Source of the DNA: Sphyrna mokarran | Taxonomy: Eukaryota | Direction of reading: 5' to 3' | Length of the DNA: 64,000 nt | Assembly (NCBI GenBank): GCA_024679065.1 | Contig: JAGIQG010000009.1 | Coordinates: 95,542,001-95,606,000 of the forward strand | Shown: in pieces, positions 1-13,831 of the stretch | How positions within the stretch are numbered: the first letter of the stretch is position 1 | How the letters are laid out: every line of letters starts with the position of its first letter | The notes under the pieces: generated by a model | Databases searched by the model: none | Told to the model about the DNA's origin: nothing | The model's input: only the letters and a program-made list of their open reading frames with translations | Position numbers and translations under genes: made by a program

Positions 1-59
1 TACATTCTTACATTGGGGAAGTTGGAGGAGGGGGCATTTCAATCCTCCAGCACATGCTT

Positions 60-1065
60 TAGGGTATTGAAAGAATATGACCCTCCTGCAAATGAAGGTT
101 CTGGGCCACCCTGTTCCTCAATGACAGGGTGAGTATAGTACATCTGCACAAAGAATACGAATGAGAAATTTGTATCCATCTTGACCCAGATTTGCTTCAT
201 AGACAATTCATCTCGACTTCAACGAGGAAACATCAGCATTACACATGTGAGTCTTTGGCCAATTCAATTCACAGAAATAATGTCAGTGAAAATGCTGAAA
301 GTATTAGATAGAACAAAGCCTTTGTGCCCTGATACATCCCAGCAGTATAATGAAGGCTGCTTCTCCAGAACTAATCACTTGCCCAGCTAACTTGCTCCAA
401 TGCAATTAGTATATTGAGAAATAGCAGGTTTGATGGGAAATTGACTAGATATCTTCTGTCCATGGAAAGCAGTACAGGTTGAATCTGATGAACTCCTTTT
501 CATGTTCTGTATCATCAGAAATGTAATAGAAGGTGTTTTATATGGTTCTATCAAGCAGCATTTACCGATGAATAACCTGCTCAATGATGCTCAGTTGCCA
601 GGACCATTCAGATTCTGACCTCATTGCAGACCTCATGAAAATAGGGACAGGATTCACATTAATTGGTGAGGTGAGAATGACTTTCTTTGATGTTAAGGCA
701 GCATTAGACTAAGTGATACATCAATGAGCCCTAGCAGAACTGGAATAATTGGAATCAGAGGGAAAGCTATCTGCTGGTTGGAGTCAGACATGACACAATT
801 GGAGATGGTTGTGGTCCTTAGAGACCAATCATCTCAGACCCACAACACCGCTCCTGGTGTTCATCGGAACAGTGTCCAAGGCTCAACCATCTCAAGCTGA
901 TTTGCAAAAGAATATTCAGTGCCATTTGGAAAACTTCAGGAAATGTACTTGTCCGCGTCCATCTACATCAAAACATGGGCAATATACAGCATTAAGCTGA
1001 TAAGTAGCAAGTAATATTCTTACTACATAAGGGCCAAGCAGTGGCCATCTCCAACAAGAGAAAAC
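60..1065 (+). mobile_element. Old fragment of the same LINE family
   Basis: SLWPIQFT..LKVLDRTKPLCPD and similarity to 35600-36430. Confidence 0.6.
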
Positions 1066-2987
1066 CTTTTTACTGAATCTGTGGTTCCAAAGCTTGCATT
1101 CATCCTGTTACACCCTGAGTAAAAAGGGTCAAGCTCCAGAGGTTCCACTCCAAGATCATTCAGAATTCTGAACACAGGTTCTCCATGGGCATTTCTCAGG
1201 TGGATTGAATTTCAGTGGTGAGTTTCCTTCCTTCCTTGGATCCCAAGAGAGAGTCTCCAACTTTCAGTTAGATTTGGTGATTTAAGCAGGTTCCAGCTTA
1301 CTTTCCTGGACAGTTAGTAAGGACGTGTTAGGCAGCAAAACCTCCCTATATCTTTCTAGACCAATGTCGTATGACATGTCCTGAATAACTGTCAACGGGC
1401 CTTGAGGAGTTATATAACCTTTCAGAACAGAGGGGTAGCAGAAACTGTAGAAAGTGTGTCAGCTTTTCAATGAGTGACACCAAAGGAGGTTAATAGTTTG
1501 TGATCAGTAATCCTCATTAGCTAAGTTGCACGATGAAGCCATCTATGGGACTGATATCAAGCATCTGCCAGTACAAACAATCTAAATTCATCCAAACTGA
1601 AAATACTAATGAGCTTTTATACACATTATTGATTAGTACATTGGCCATATGTTACATAAGTTATTTATTATCATTCATTCAAGGGATATGGGCGTCGATG
1701 GCTGGGCAAGAATTTACTGACAATCACTAATTACTGTGTGCATTTCTAAGGGCTTTTAAAAGTCAAACACATTTCTGTGGATCTGAGGATATATGTAGTC
1801 CGCATTAGGTACGGATGGTAGATGCTTCTTCCGAAATGTGACTTTGTTCCAAAATTTACCTGGACAAATGCTGCTGTTCATTTCTTCTGGGATCTTGCAA
1901 TGCCAAACTTCACAGAAATGCTAGCAGAGTGGAGTAGAGTTGGAGAAAGACTGGAGACATGCACTTTTTATAGCACTAGCAGCTATATGGTGAGTTTAAA
2001 TATCCTGTCTTATTACTGGGGCGAATAGACGAGTAAATGGGTGAGTGAGTGGACGAATGAGTATGGAGTGAATGAGTGAGGGACTGGATGGATAGGTGGG
2101 TCAGGCCAATTGGCTGGCAGACTCTTCATATTTTCATTTTATTTCTGAAAATATATGTTTTCTTATTAAAACAGTCAGACTGTGTCCATCACCGATACAA
2201 ACACTTCTCCCTTAGTAGGCTAAGAAGACACGATGACATTAACATCTCTGAATTAAATGGGTAATTGGGTAGCTATGTAGTGGAGGTAAAGTGAGTAAGT
2301 GGGCCATTGGTTAGGTGAGTTTGCGTTAGTAGTTTGTGTACGTGCTCGGGTTTGTGAGTAGGATAGCTGGATAGGTTGGATAGATGAGTAGTTGGTTAGG
2401 TTGGTTCGGGGCTATGTTGCTACTTTGGCGAGGTAGTCTTGTAGGTGTGTGAGCAGGTAGTCGCGTTGAGGGTTAGTTGGGCTGAGGAATGTAGCTAGTC
2501 GGGTGCTGAAGTGGGCAGTCAGGCTGGAAAGGAAATGAATTACCCATCAGAAGTTTGAAATTCCAGCAAGTCCTGTGTAGGCTCACACATCAGACAGAGT
2601 CTCAGAGTATATCTTCCATCAAACACTTGTGTCCGACTAAAGTATTTGGCCTCTTATCATCTTATGGTATGCTTCATCCAAACAAAATCAACTTTAATCT
2701 GACTGGAAGGAATACCAGTGCAGTCTATAACTATAGAGTGAGATCTGGGGAAGGATATAATGGTGTGGGAATTAGAACACCACTGTTAGGTGAATAGTGC
2801 TTCCAATTTTCATTTGGTTAATTAGTGTGACCAAAATTGATTACTCTTTAGAGTTTTCCAGTGTACTCTCAATTTTAAGCGTAACAGTGAGTGAACTCAG
2901 CTGTCGCAATCTGCTGGTCTGTTTTTTTTTAAGAAACTACATTGAAAGGTGTTGTAACTTCAATGCCCCCATGGGGATCTGACAGTG

Positions 2988-2994
2988 TATAAAA
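2988..2994 (+). promoter_or_regulatory. TATA box of the GPR139-like gene
   Basis: TATAAAA about 85 nt upstream of the exon 1 ATG. Confidence 0.5.
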
Positions 2995-3076
2995 AAACAG
3001 CTAATATATCACCCAAGTGTTTAACACAGAGAGATTGTCTGCACCACTAAGGACAGATCACACCGTATCGAAAAAT

Positions 3077-6000
3077 ATGGAACTATTTCACAGGATTCTA
3101 AAAATATACTACACAATTCTTGCTGTTATAGGTGTTTCGGGTAAGTGCCCATGAATACTGAAGTTGTGTAAATCTGTGTGAATTTGTTTCTCGTTTTATC
3201 CTATGATTGAAAATGTTACACACTATCTACTGGTGAATGTTATCGGCACCGAATCCGTGGGATCATTACATTAAGGGTATAGCTGATTCAGAAATCAGTA
3301 CAGATAACTCTCAAAGGTGAGATATTCCTGGTTGTCTATGTTACAGTTATATTACATGTGGGTCATCACCTTGAACAAATTGGTTATATTTTTATGCACA
3401 GGTTTGAATCCCTCCTTCTGTTGTTCTAAATAGTTTCATTGGAGATGCCGGGGTTGGACTAGGGTAAATACAATAAGATGTCTCACACCAGGTTAAAGAC
3501 CAACAGGTTTATTTGGTAGTCGCTACCAAATAAACCTATTGAACTTTAACCTAATGTTGTGAGACTTCTTACTTCGTTCTAAATATTACCAGTTACCCAG
3601 CAGATATTTATTGTTAGCTGAAGATATTTGTGAATAACTGTACGCAATAAAATGTATTGATACTGTTCTGTCTCCATTGGAACTGCTCCAAAATAAAAAA
3701 AAAATGCTAACTATTTGTAATAGTTAAATATCAGGTAAATATCAGGACTACACAGTTACTGCACTCAAACCGTGTGGACAACAGCTTACTCTCACATTCA
3801 GAATAGTTACTGTAAACACTTCATTTTTTTAGTGCTGATTAATGTTCCCTAAAGACAGTCTTGAGAATCTGTGTGTCGTGGATGTTTTTTTTAATGATTG
3901 TCATTCACAGGGGGTGAATTTTGAACTAGGGTCAATCAATTTCCCATTTGTTTAATATTTAGCGGACCAGTAATTATCCAGCTTACAAGTCACTATGTGC
4001 ATAATTTACACCAATCTCTGCTTTTAGCTCAGTGAGTTGTCTCCCCTCGAGAAAGGACAGTTATGACTGAAGAACATTGATGCTTGTTTTTGTCATGCAG
4101 AAATCAGTTTGGAGTCAGTAAATAGGAACATTATTAAATTGCTAATAATTAAATAAATAGTGCACACCTCAATTGCTAAGAACTACTAATTGTGATTAAT
4201 TCATTCATTAAGATGGCCACATCGAATATGCAGCTCAGGGATAAATCATTTGGCCTTTGATGTACTGCACAGAAACCTTCTCCCATTGTTTCCCATATAA
4301 CCTGGTCGTCCTATTCTGTACCACCTATCATTGGTTTCTGAATTTCCCCTTAAATTAATCCATGTTATTCCCATTAACGGCTCCAAGTTGTTGTGAATTG
4401 CACATTTCGACCATTCTGTGAGTAGGCATGTTCTCCCAGAATACACTTTTGGATTTATTAATGACTATACTGTTTTAATGATATATATTCTCATACCACC
4501 CCCATCAATTGTACCTTTTTGATGGCTGCTTTATCAAACACATTCATCATTTTCCAGCACTTGTTGCTCTGCAGTCCGCATTAACTTTTCTAAAGAAAGA
4601 CCTCAACCTGATATTTCTTTCTGGGTTGTTAAAATCTCTCAGTTCTGATATTATTCATCTCAAAGATTTTGTACATTCTGTGTAGTCAGATCCTTATTGT
4701 ACTCTGGCAACCAGATTGCACACAATGAGTTCAAGAACCAACCATCTATGTACGTTTACCATGAGCTCTTTTCAATTCTTTTCCACTCAAAATAAAACTT
4801 GTTGATTTGTTTGACTTTCTTTTAATGCATGCACTAATTTAAATAATTCGTGAATCTGGAGCTCCTTATTACTTTGGTTACATCACTCATTGTCTTTCTG
4901 TTTATAATTATAATTTCCCAAAGTTGACGATTATTTTCCATTCACTATTTGCCAGTTTGATTCTGCCCGTTACAAATTACCCTATTTTTCTCTTTCTCTC
5001 TCTCTCTCTCTGTGCAATGATTTATTTTTACTTTTAGAGTATTTGAGTGTGGGAGTAAATCTCTCTTTCCACACTTGGATAGAGCATTGCTTGTACTGAA
5101 CCTGGATCATTTTGTGCAGTTTCGCTCCCTTTGTTGAAGAACCGGTACATTCACGATTGAAAGAGTTTGTTTTTTCACTCGTCCTTGGGCTATAGTTGTC
5201 TTTGCTTGGGCCAGCACTTATTGCCCATCCCAAATTGTCATTACACAGCATGCTATTCCAGAGGGCAGATAAGAATCAGGATTCAACTGTGGCGCTGGAG
5301 TCTACTTGCAGCTTCCATTCCGTAGAGGGTATGAGTGAATCTGTGGCATTGTGGCTCAATCCACAGCACGTGGACTGCAACATTTCAAGAAATAGGCTCA
5401 CCATTTTTCAAAGCAAACCAGGGACAGGCACTAAATGTTATCCCACAAATCTATATAAAAACAGAACCAGATCGGGTTTCATGGGTTCAACAAGCTTTCA
5501 TGAATGCCAGGAATGGAATCTTACTGCCTGTCTGCCATGGGAGTCGGAGCTGGGCGTGAGGATGGTAGAAACGTCTGCTGCCCTTAGACAGGATTTTATA
5601 GTTTTGGGACAAGTGAGGCCATAAAATCCCACCCCAGATATTTGTTAATACATGGGATGTCTGAAATTCTACTCTTTGTTCTCTCTTACAGTTAATTTAG
5701 CTGCGATATTAATCCTGTCCCGAGGCAAGTGTGGCCTCTCCGCCTGCACTTCTCGTTACCTGGTGGCCATGGCGACGGCGGATTTGCTGTTCATTATCAG
5801 CTCCGTGCTACTCTATCGAATAGGCCCTTATTATTTCCCTGTATCTTTCCTGGAAATCACTCCTGTATGCTGTATTACCTTTGTACTGCTGTATGCAACC
5901 TCAGAATGTTCTGTCTGGTTCACCGTCACTTTCTCCTTTGATCGATTTGTGGCCATTTGTTGCCACAAGTTCAAAACAAAATATTGCACCGAGAGAATTG

Positions 6001-6602
6001 CTACTATGGTTCTAGCAGCAACCGGAATTCTGCTCTGTTTAAAGAATATTCCCTTCTACTTTAGATTTGAACCTGGAGAGATCATCGATGATGTTGCCTG
6101 GTTTTGCAAAGAAAAGCCAAGCTATTATACTGATCCTGCATGGGTAGCATTTGACTGGTTTGATAAGGTTTTAAATCCATTTCTCCCATATATTTCAATT
6201 CTGTTGCTCAACGCTCTAACTGTCAGGTACATTGTAGTGACCAGTCGTGTCCGTGAGGGACTTAAGGGTCACAGTAAAGGAGATAATCACAGCGACCCAG
6301 AGATGGAAAGCAGAAGGAAGTCTGTGATTTTACTCTTCACCATATCCGGCAGCTTCATACTTCTGTGGCTTTTATATGTTACAAATTTTTTGTATTATAT
6401 AATTACCGGAATGAACTCTGAATCTTACAATGATTCATTATATACCTTGGCAGAAGTTTCAGTAATGCTGGTGAATTTAAGTTGCTGTACAAACACATTT
6501 ATTTATGCAGTGACTCAGTCCAAATTCAGAGAACAGTTAAAATATGCAGTGGAATATCCGATTGTTTCACTTATTCAATTAATTAATAAAGAAAATAACT
6601 GA
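3077..6602 (+). CDS. GPR139-like: GPR139-like class A GPCR, 2 coding exons (3077-3140, 5692-6602), 324 aa, intact
   Basis: Exon 1 ATG 3077 reads MELFHRILKIYYTILAVIGVS+G then GTAAGT at 3141. Acceptor ctcttacAG at 5690-5691 joins in phase 1 to VNLAAILILSRGKCGLS... 7TM motifs: YLVAMATADL (TM2), FSFDRF (TM3), FILLW (TM6), NTFIY (TM7). A phase-1 intron in TM1 matches the GPR139/GPR142 family. The ORF-track start at 5652 is intronic. Confidence 0.9.
3440..3575. mobile_element. Penelope terminus, inverted pair (others at ~11570, 31277-31545, 50505-50680, 55675-55790)
   Basis: AAATAAACCTGTTGGACTTTAACCTGGTGTTGTGAGACTTCTTACT-like terminus and its reverse complement. Confidence 0.7.
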
Positions 6603-9489
6603 GAGCAACCCAGAGGAGGGCTAACATCTGTATTCCATGAGTATAATATCGATCCCCAAACTTCCATCAACAGAAATTTCCAAGATTCTAAAAATACCTC
6701 AGTAGCAATAGACATGAGGGGAAGCGTGGAGGGGAAAGAGTAGAGTCAGAGTTCATCAAAGTTATCAAGGACAGGAGAGGGAATGGTAGCAACCTTCAAT
6801 CTTCCAACTCATCTCCTCACATCAGGTCGGAAAACAGAATGCATCTTCGGAAAAGACAAATCCACCAAATGCTCACATTTTCTACGTCAGTAAACTATCG
6901 GCCAAAATCTTACCTCAGTACCATCTGGTGACATTTTCCATCCCACCAGGGACAATAGTCATGTGTGCATCTCGCAACAATTTCGGGCTCCATCCCAATG
7001 CATGATGGGACACTAAAAATCCACCCTCAGACAAATAGGGAGATTTAGGCAGGGAATTTCAAGTACTGGGACCACAAGGCTAAACCTACCAATTATCAGA
7101 GGGGATTAAATAAAATTGCTTTTTACTTGCAGAGCCTTTCAAAATTTCAGACCATCTTAAATTGGTTTATGTTGGAACTGACGGCACAGAAATGGACCAT
7201 TCAACTCGACACATCTCTGAAGGGGGTGATGTTGCAGATGTTCTCCCCCCCCCCTTCATCTCAGCATATCTGTCAGCATATCTTCTTACTGCTTTCTGCC
7301 TCATCAATTTATCCAACTTTCCCTTAAATGGAGATGAGGTTTTGGAATCCAGCTCCCTTCCCAGTAGAAAGTTGCATATTTTCATGCACCCATGAAGTTC
7401 CCTAAAAATAACATAGGGATAATGATTAGATCAGCTGAAAGCTTGTTTGAGGTGATATTAATTGAGGTGAGTTACCGGCTGAAACACGAGGAAGAAATTC
7501 CCTCTGCTTCGCTCCCAATCACATTCTCGTCCTTATATTCCCCTGCCAAGTTCTCCCTTCCACCTGCTCATAACTCTCCATATCTTCCTTTCTCGCTCTC
7601 GTTCTCTCTCTCTTTGTCTCCATCCTTCTTGTGGAAGCTGTTGGAACTTTCACATCCATTTCAGAGAACAGGCAAGATCAAATCCAATGTCTGGTCCTGA
7701 ACATTTTCCCAAGTTTAGCTGTCAACAACAAGCAGAAGGTGCTGTAACGTACCTGAATAATTATTGAACATATTTCAACACCAAATCAGGAAATAAGATA
7801 TTAGTGCAGTGACGGTGATCAAATGCTTACTCAAAGTGGTTGGTTAGGAATAATATCCCGAAATGGGGAAGAGACGTGGCGGGGTATAATATGAAAATTG
7901 GTAACATGACAGCTGAGGCAACTAAAGATATGGGTGCCACTGGTGGAGGGGTTAAAAATGGGATGAGCAAAAAAAATCACAACTGGTGAAACACTGCGGT
8001 CAGGAGAAGCGCTTAGGCTGAAGGAAGTTACGGAGATAGGGAGGAATGCATCTGGAGGAGGTACACAGATGGAAAGGGACTGGAGGAGTTTACAGAAATA
8101 GATTTTTAAGAGATGGTGCAGCTGCACAGAAGATTGCTGTGACATTGCCAATTATTTTCCCGGTGATCCGGAGTATTAATAAATAATTATCTACTAGACT
8201 CAGCCCTGGACACTGTGAATGTACTTACATCGTAGAGTCACAGTGTCTACAGCATAGTAGGAGGTCCATCACCCCATCATGCCTGTGCTGTCCATCAAAC
8301 AGCCATCCAATTTCCCAGCACATGATCCGTGGACATGTGTGCTGTGGGTTTTGAAGTACTCATCTCAATGCTTTTTGTGAAGGTTCTGTCCTCTGCCACA
8401 CTGTGGCTTGCAATTTCCCGCCAGCATCAAAGTTAAAAAAAAAGTCTACAAATCCCCTCCAAATCTCCCGTCCCTCACCTTATAGTTCTGCCTCCTCATT
8501 ATTGACCCCTCTACAAAGGGAAACGCACCGCATGGGGTGCAATAGTTCACGAACACAGCACACCACTACCTTCTCAAGGGCAATTAGTGGTGGGCAATAT
8601 ATGATGGCCTAGCCAGCAATGCCCACATTCCTTAAGCATACCTTAAAATTAGTTTGACTGCTTTATATGGATCACTGAACCGAGTTCAGAGCATCTTATA
8701 TTGTACAGGGAGTTCATATTAACACGTAACTCCCTACTTGAAAGGTTCGAGTGTCAGCTTGCTTGCCTGACCATTTCTTCTTGTTGTTTGGGAAGCTTTA
8801 TGGCATTGCTGAGGGGCAATGCAGGCAATTGTGAGCTGCTCCTTCAATCTAGATTAAAATTCTACAATGCAATATTTGTCCTAAAGTTCTAAATACTTTG
8901 AAGCGATTCACAACAGTTCTCGCCTTATGTGCATTGACGAGTAAAAAAGGACTTAAACCCCCAAGTGTAGATGCATCCCAAGTGACAAACAAATTAAATC
9001 ATGGTGGCACATCAATATTTCCACTAGAGTCAATCCCAGCCTTTTGTTTTGTTTCTAGCTGTCTAAGTTGATGATCACTTGTCGCTTTGCTTAAATTGTT
9101 GAATTCCTAGCGTGATCCATATGAAGCACTCAAACTAATTTTAAAATATATTCATGGAGTAGAGGCATTGTTGGCTAGGCTGCCATATATTGTCCATCTC
9201 TCGTTGCCCTTGAGAAGGTAGTGCCCTCACAGGTTACATTCCAGTCTTTGATAGCTGAGTGGAGTTTGCAAATTCCCCCATGACTGCTTGGGTTTCCTCA
9301 GGGTGTTCCTGTTTCCTCCCACATTCCAAAAATGTGCAGATTTTGTGGATTAGCCTTGGGAAATTCATAGGTTTGAGGATATGGGGAGAGTGGGCAGTGA
9401 TGATGCGCTTTCAGAGAATTGGTGCGGAGCAATGGGCTAATTAGTCTCCTTCTACATTGAGGGATTCTCTAGTCCTGTCTTGACACTTT

Positions 9490-9720
9490 GCTCTAGTTAT
9501 GGTTTTACCAGCCTAGTGATATTCTTCCAGTGCTCCATGAGCATGTGGGTGATATACTGAGGGTTTCACCTGCTTTATACCCAAACTGGTAACTCCCTGA
9601 AAAATGTCAGATATGAAGCTGGAACATTGAACTGACTGGACATTAATGGATAATACAAACCGAGTGAAGAATTGGATCAACTTCCGCCAAAAAGTCTCAG
9701 TATCTGTATCCAATAATTTA
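9490..9720 (-). mobile_element. Ty3/Gypsy integrase remnant
   Basis: FFTRF..VQSVQCSSFIS..LGIKQVKPSVYHPHAHGALE = decayed integrase core. Confidence 0.7.
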
Positions 9721-9964
9721 ACTTATTTTGCTCTACCCTCTCAAGTTTGATATAAGCCCTGCCTGGACAATTTGCGGAAATTGCAAATTAACAGTGGTTA
9801 GCACAAATAGTCTTTTTTACTATCACACAATTCAGAAAACAAGACATAAATAAAGATCTGCCATCTATCTGTTTTGGATAAGTAAAGTCCAGTTTGCTTT
9901 CTATCAGCCTTCCTGCTAATACCCAGCTTTCCAAAAGAAACTAGGGAGAGTTTACATCAATGTA

Positions 9965-10298
9965 GGGTGGCATGGTGGTCAAGTGGTCAGCATTGCTACC
10001 TCACAGCTCCAGCGATCTGGGCTCAGTTCCTTGCTTGGCTCACTGTCTATGTACAGTTTGCACATTCTCCCCATCTCCACATGGGTTTCCTCTGGATGCT
10101 CTGGCTTCATTCCACAGTCCAAAGATGTGTGGGTTATGTGCATTGACCATTCTAAGTTGCCCCTTTGCATCACAGGATGCATAGGTTAGAGGGATTAATG
10201 AGGTAAATAAGTGTTGTTACGGGAATTTGGTGTAGGTGGGACTGTTGTCAGTGTTGAATGGCTTCATTCTGTACTATAGGGATTCTATGATTCTATGT
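9965..10298 (+). mobile_element. V-SINE (other copies ~12570-12870 +, 20515-20850 -, 24690-24905 -, 42705-42980 +, 46480-46780 +, 48960-49262 -, 49705-50015 -)
   Basis: Same head, core and tail as 26287. Confidence 0.8.
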
Positions 10299-10666
10299 AA
10301 CAGTTCCCCACTTATTCCTGGGTTAAAATTAGGACTTTCCCCATCAATATTTCCACTAGAGTCAATGCCAGCCTTTTGTTTTGCTTCTAGCTGTCTAAGT
10401 TAATGGTCACTTATCGCTTTGTTTAAATTGCTGAATTCCTAACATGATGAAAATAACAGAAGATTTCGCCATTTATGTTCAACCAACTCTCCCACATGGA
10501 TGTGATGGGCTTTGAAGTGGGTGAAAGTGTGATGGACACCATCAATATTGAGGAGGACTGCAACAACTCAAAGATTTAAATTGGAAGTTGAAATTTGACA
10601 CCAATAAATGTGCAGTAGAATATTTGAAAGCACGAGCTTTCGGAGTGTTACTCCTTCATCACTCAC

Positions 10667-10699
10667 CTGATGAAGGAGGAGTGCTCTGAAAGCTCGTGA
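10667..10699 (+). ncRNA. Minimal hammerhead ribozyme motif in a Penelope terminus
   Basis: tcac-CTGATGA-a-ggag..ctct-GAAA-GCTC-gtga; 4-bp stem I; inverted partner at 10631-10662. Confidence 0.6.
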
Positions 10700-11754
10700 T
10701 TCCAAATAAACTGATGGCCTTGAAACAGGTATTGTGAGACTTCTTACTGTGACCACCTCATTCCAACGCCGATATCTTCACATCGTAGAATATTTTGACA
10801 GGAAGAATAGGAGCATATTTATTACTTGGATGTTGCAAGTTTCAATAGTTCCGATACACAAATGAATCTCAGAGAACAATGCATCAATCACTAAAAGTTG
10901 CAGCATCATTTAACGAGGCCATAAAACAAGCAAAGCAAGCACGGGACTTTGTTTGTTGAGGGAGAGAACTGAAATGTTATTCTCAGCTCGTATCAAAGCT
11001 TGTTTAGACCACATTTAAAGTCTTCAGAACAGTGAGTACAAACTGACTACTGGTGTAACTCTTGTTTCATGTTATAAAGAGCATGTCTTGGAGTGGGTGC
11101 AGAGCAAATTTCCAGAGATTATCGCTGTGGATATCAGGAAAATATTTGATAAATAGGGCCTTGTTTTTCTTGACAAAAGGCTGAATGATAACCTGGCAGA
11201 AGTATTTAAAATAGCAAAATGTTCAAAGGTTCTGTTTCCTGTCCCCAAATGTAATACTTAGCCCAAGATTTCTCATCAACAATATTTAATCAGGATTGAC
11301 TGGGGTTCTGAAAATATTCATTGTGGTATTGCAATGTTCAAGGGTGGATTCAAATCACCCCCTATTAGGACAATAGACAAACAGTGACCAGAGTCTCGCT
11401 TCCATGATCACTGGTTTGATTCTCAACTCAGAGAGACAAACACGAGTTGGTAAAATTAATCATAAATTTCAAATTTTTGCAAATCTTTATTTCCGTGATT
11501 TGATTTTTTTTTGTTGGATACATTTTATTGAGTCTTATATTCCCCACTTGTTGGTCATTGCTCTCTCCCTCTCCCTCGCCTGATGAAAGGACAGTGCTCT
11601 GAAAGTCACGCTACCAACTAAACCCTATTGGGCTTTAACCTTGTGAGATTTCTTATGCTGGCATCTTCACTATGTCGACACTTTTTGGTTATAAAAGCTC
11701 ACCAAACACTTCTACTTTCTCAGAAGCCTAAGGAAATTTAGCACGACAGCTACA

Positions 11755-12263
11755 ATTGTCATCAATTTTTACACATGCACATAAAAACATTTTTTTTTCA
11801 GTTGTATCACAGCTTTGTATGACTCCTGCTCTGACCAAGTCCACAAGAAACTACAAAGGTCATAAACATAGCCCAATCCATCATGCAAATCCATCAGCCT
11901 CCCATCTACTGACCCTGTCTACGTTTCCCATTGCCACGGCAAAAGAGCTAACATAATTAAGGACCCCATGCATCTCAGACAATCTCTCTTCCACCTTCTT
12001 CCATCGGGAAAAAGATGCAAAATCCTGAGGTCACACACGAATTGATTCAAGTTCAACTCCTGCCCTGCTGCTGTCAGACTTTTGAATGGACCTACCTCAC
12101 ATTAAGTTGACTTTTCTCTCGACCCTGGCTATGACTGTAACACTAGATTCTGCATTCTCGTTTCCTTCTCTATGACTGGTCTGCTTTGTTTAACGTGCAA
12201 GAAACAGTACTTTTAACTGTATACTAATATATGTGACAATAATAAATCAAATCAAATCAAATC
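11755..12263 (+). mobile_element. Rex1/Babar-like LINE 3' end
   Basis: Ends in AATAAA + (ATCAA)n; homologous to 22240-22770. Confidence 0.7.
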
Positions 12264-13831
12264 ACCATTAATGGAGAGTTTTTTTTTTGTCTGGGCATAT
12301 CCAGCCTATGTTGTGTTGAGTGCTTGGGGTCTAGGAGGAAGGATCAGAACTGGGACAGAACTGCATAGCCCACCCTCATACATGGCTGGCTGTTCAGGGC
12401 CCATTCCCTGCTTGGCTTTCCATGGTAGTTGATATTGTTAACTGTTGTCTCTCTTAAGGTTCCCTCCCTCATTCTGCACGTCCACTCTATCTATCCCCCT
12501 TATCTATCCCATCTTATAAGCCTCTATTTCAGTCTTGTCCTCGGAGAGAAGACTGAAAGATTTGATTAAACGACACAGTGATTAGCACTGCTGCCTCACA
12601 GTGCCAGGGAGTGTCTTCAATTCCAGCCTCGGATTACTATCTGGGTGGAGTTTGCACATTTTCACTGTGTCTGAGTGGGTTTCCTCTGGATGTTCTAGTT
12701 TCCTCTTACAGTCTAAAGAAATGGAGGTTAGAAGGATTAGCCATGATAAATTGACCTTAGTATCAGGGAATCAGCAGGATAAATATCTGGGGCTATGGGA
12801 ATAGAGTAAGATTGTGGTCAGTGCAGATTCAATGGGCTGAATAACTATCTTCTGCAGTGTAGAAATCATGAAGGCAACTGGTTTGAGTAAATAGGGAGAA
12901 AATTTTCCTGCTCATTAAAAGGTTCAAGAATGAGAGCATACAGATTTAAAATGATTTGCAAAATAAACTAATATGATGTTGGAGAAAATATTGATACAAC
13001 AAGTGGTCATAGTTTGAAATGCATTGCCTGGGCATGTAGTTAGGGCGGGTTGAATCGAGGCATTCAGAAAGGTGTTAGATGATTGTTTAAGTAGAAACAG
13101 GGATATCCGGTAAAGGCAGGGGAATGGCACTCAGTTAAGATGGTCACTTGGAGAGCAGACACAATGGGCTGAATGGTCTCTTTCTGTCCCATGACAATTC
13201 TGTGATTCAGTGTGTGTGGAGTCACATGCAGTCCAAACCACGTAAGGATGGCAGATTTCCATCCCTAGGTGGGCATTATTGAACGAGACGGATTTCTATA
13301 GCAATCAATGATAATTCTGAGATCATTATTGCTGAGTTTAGCTTTCAATTCCAGCAGCAGCCAGAGTGGGATCTGAACACAGGGCGTGAGCCTGGATCTC
13401 TAGATTACTGGTGTGGAAACATAAGCACTGCTCCATCATCTCTCTCATTAAAACTTTATTTCTGATTACTCCTCTGTGAGGTTTTTGTACATTACTAGTG
13501 ATAATTAACTAGTGTGTTGTTTCACATCATATTGTATAACAAGCACATTTCTATTAATCCACTCATTCAATCAGCTAAACATATTGAAACAATGAACTGG
13601 CTTGATATTGGAATAGATACAATAATATTTCACAAACACCCTTTGTGTATTACAGACATTGCAAATTCAATGCATATAATGAAGCTATCCTTCCAATGTA
13701 ACATGTTATTTTTTGTCTACTTAATCCATAATCCAACACAGTGGACATATTAACTATATATAGTTTGGAAGTAAAATATGAAAGTCGCCCTTGTGAATAT
13801 CTGGAATGCTTATATGAGGTTGCAGGTGTGA

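Noticed and set aside
5652-5691. ORF-track start MGCLKF.. for the GPCR
   Set aside because: Lies in the intron's pyrimidine tract; the true exon 1 at 3077-3140 completes TM1
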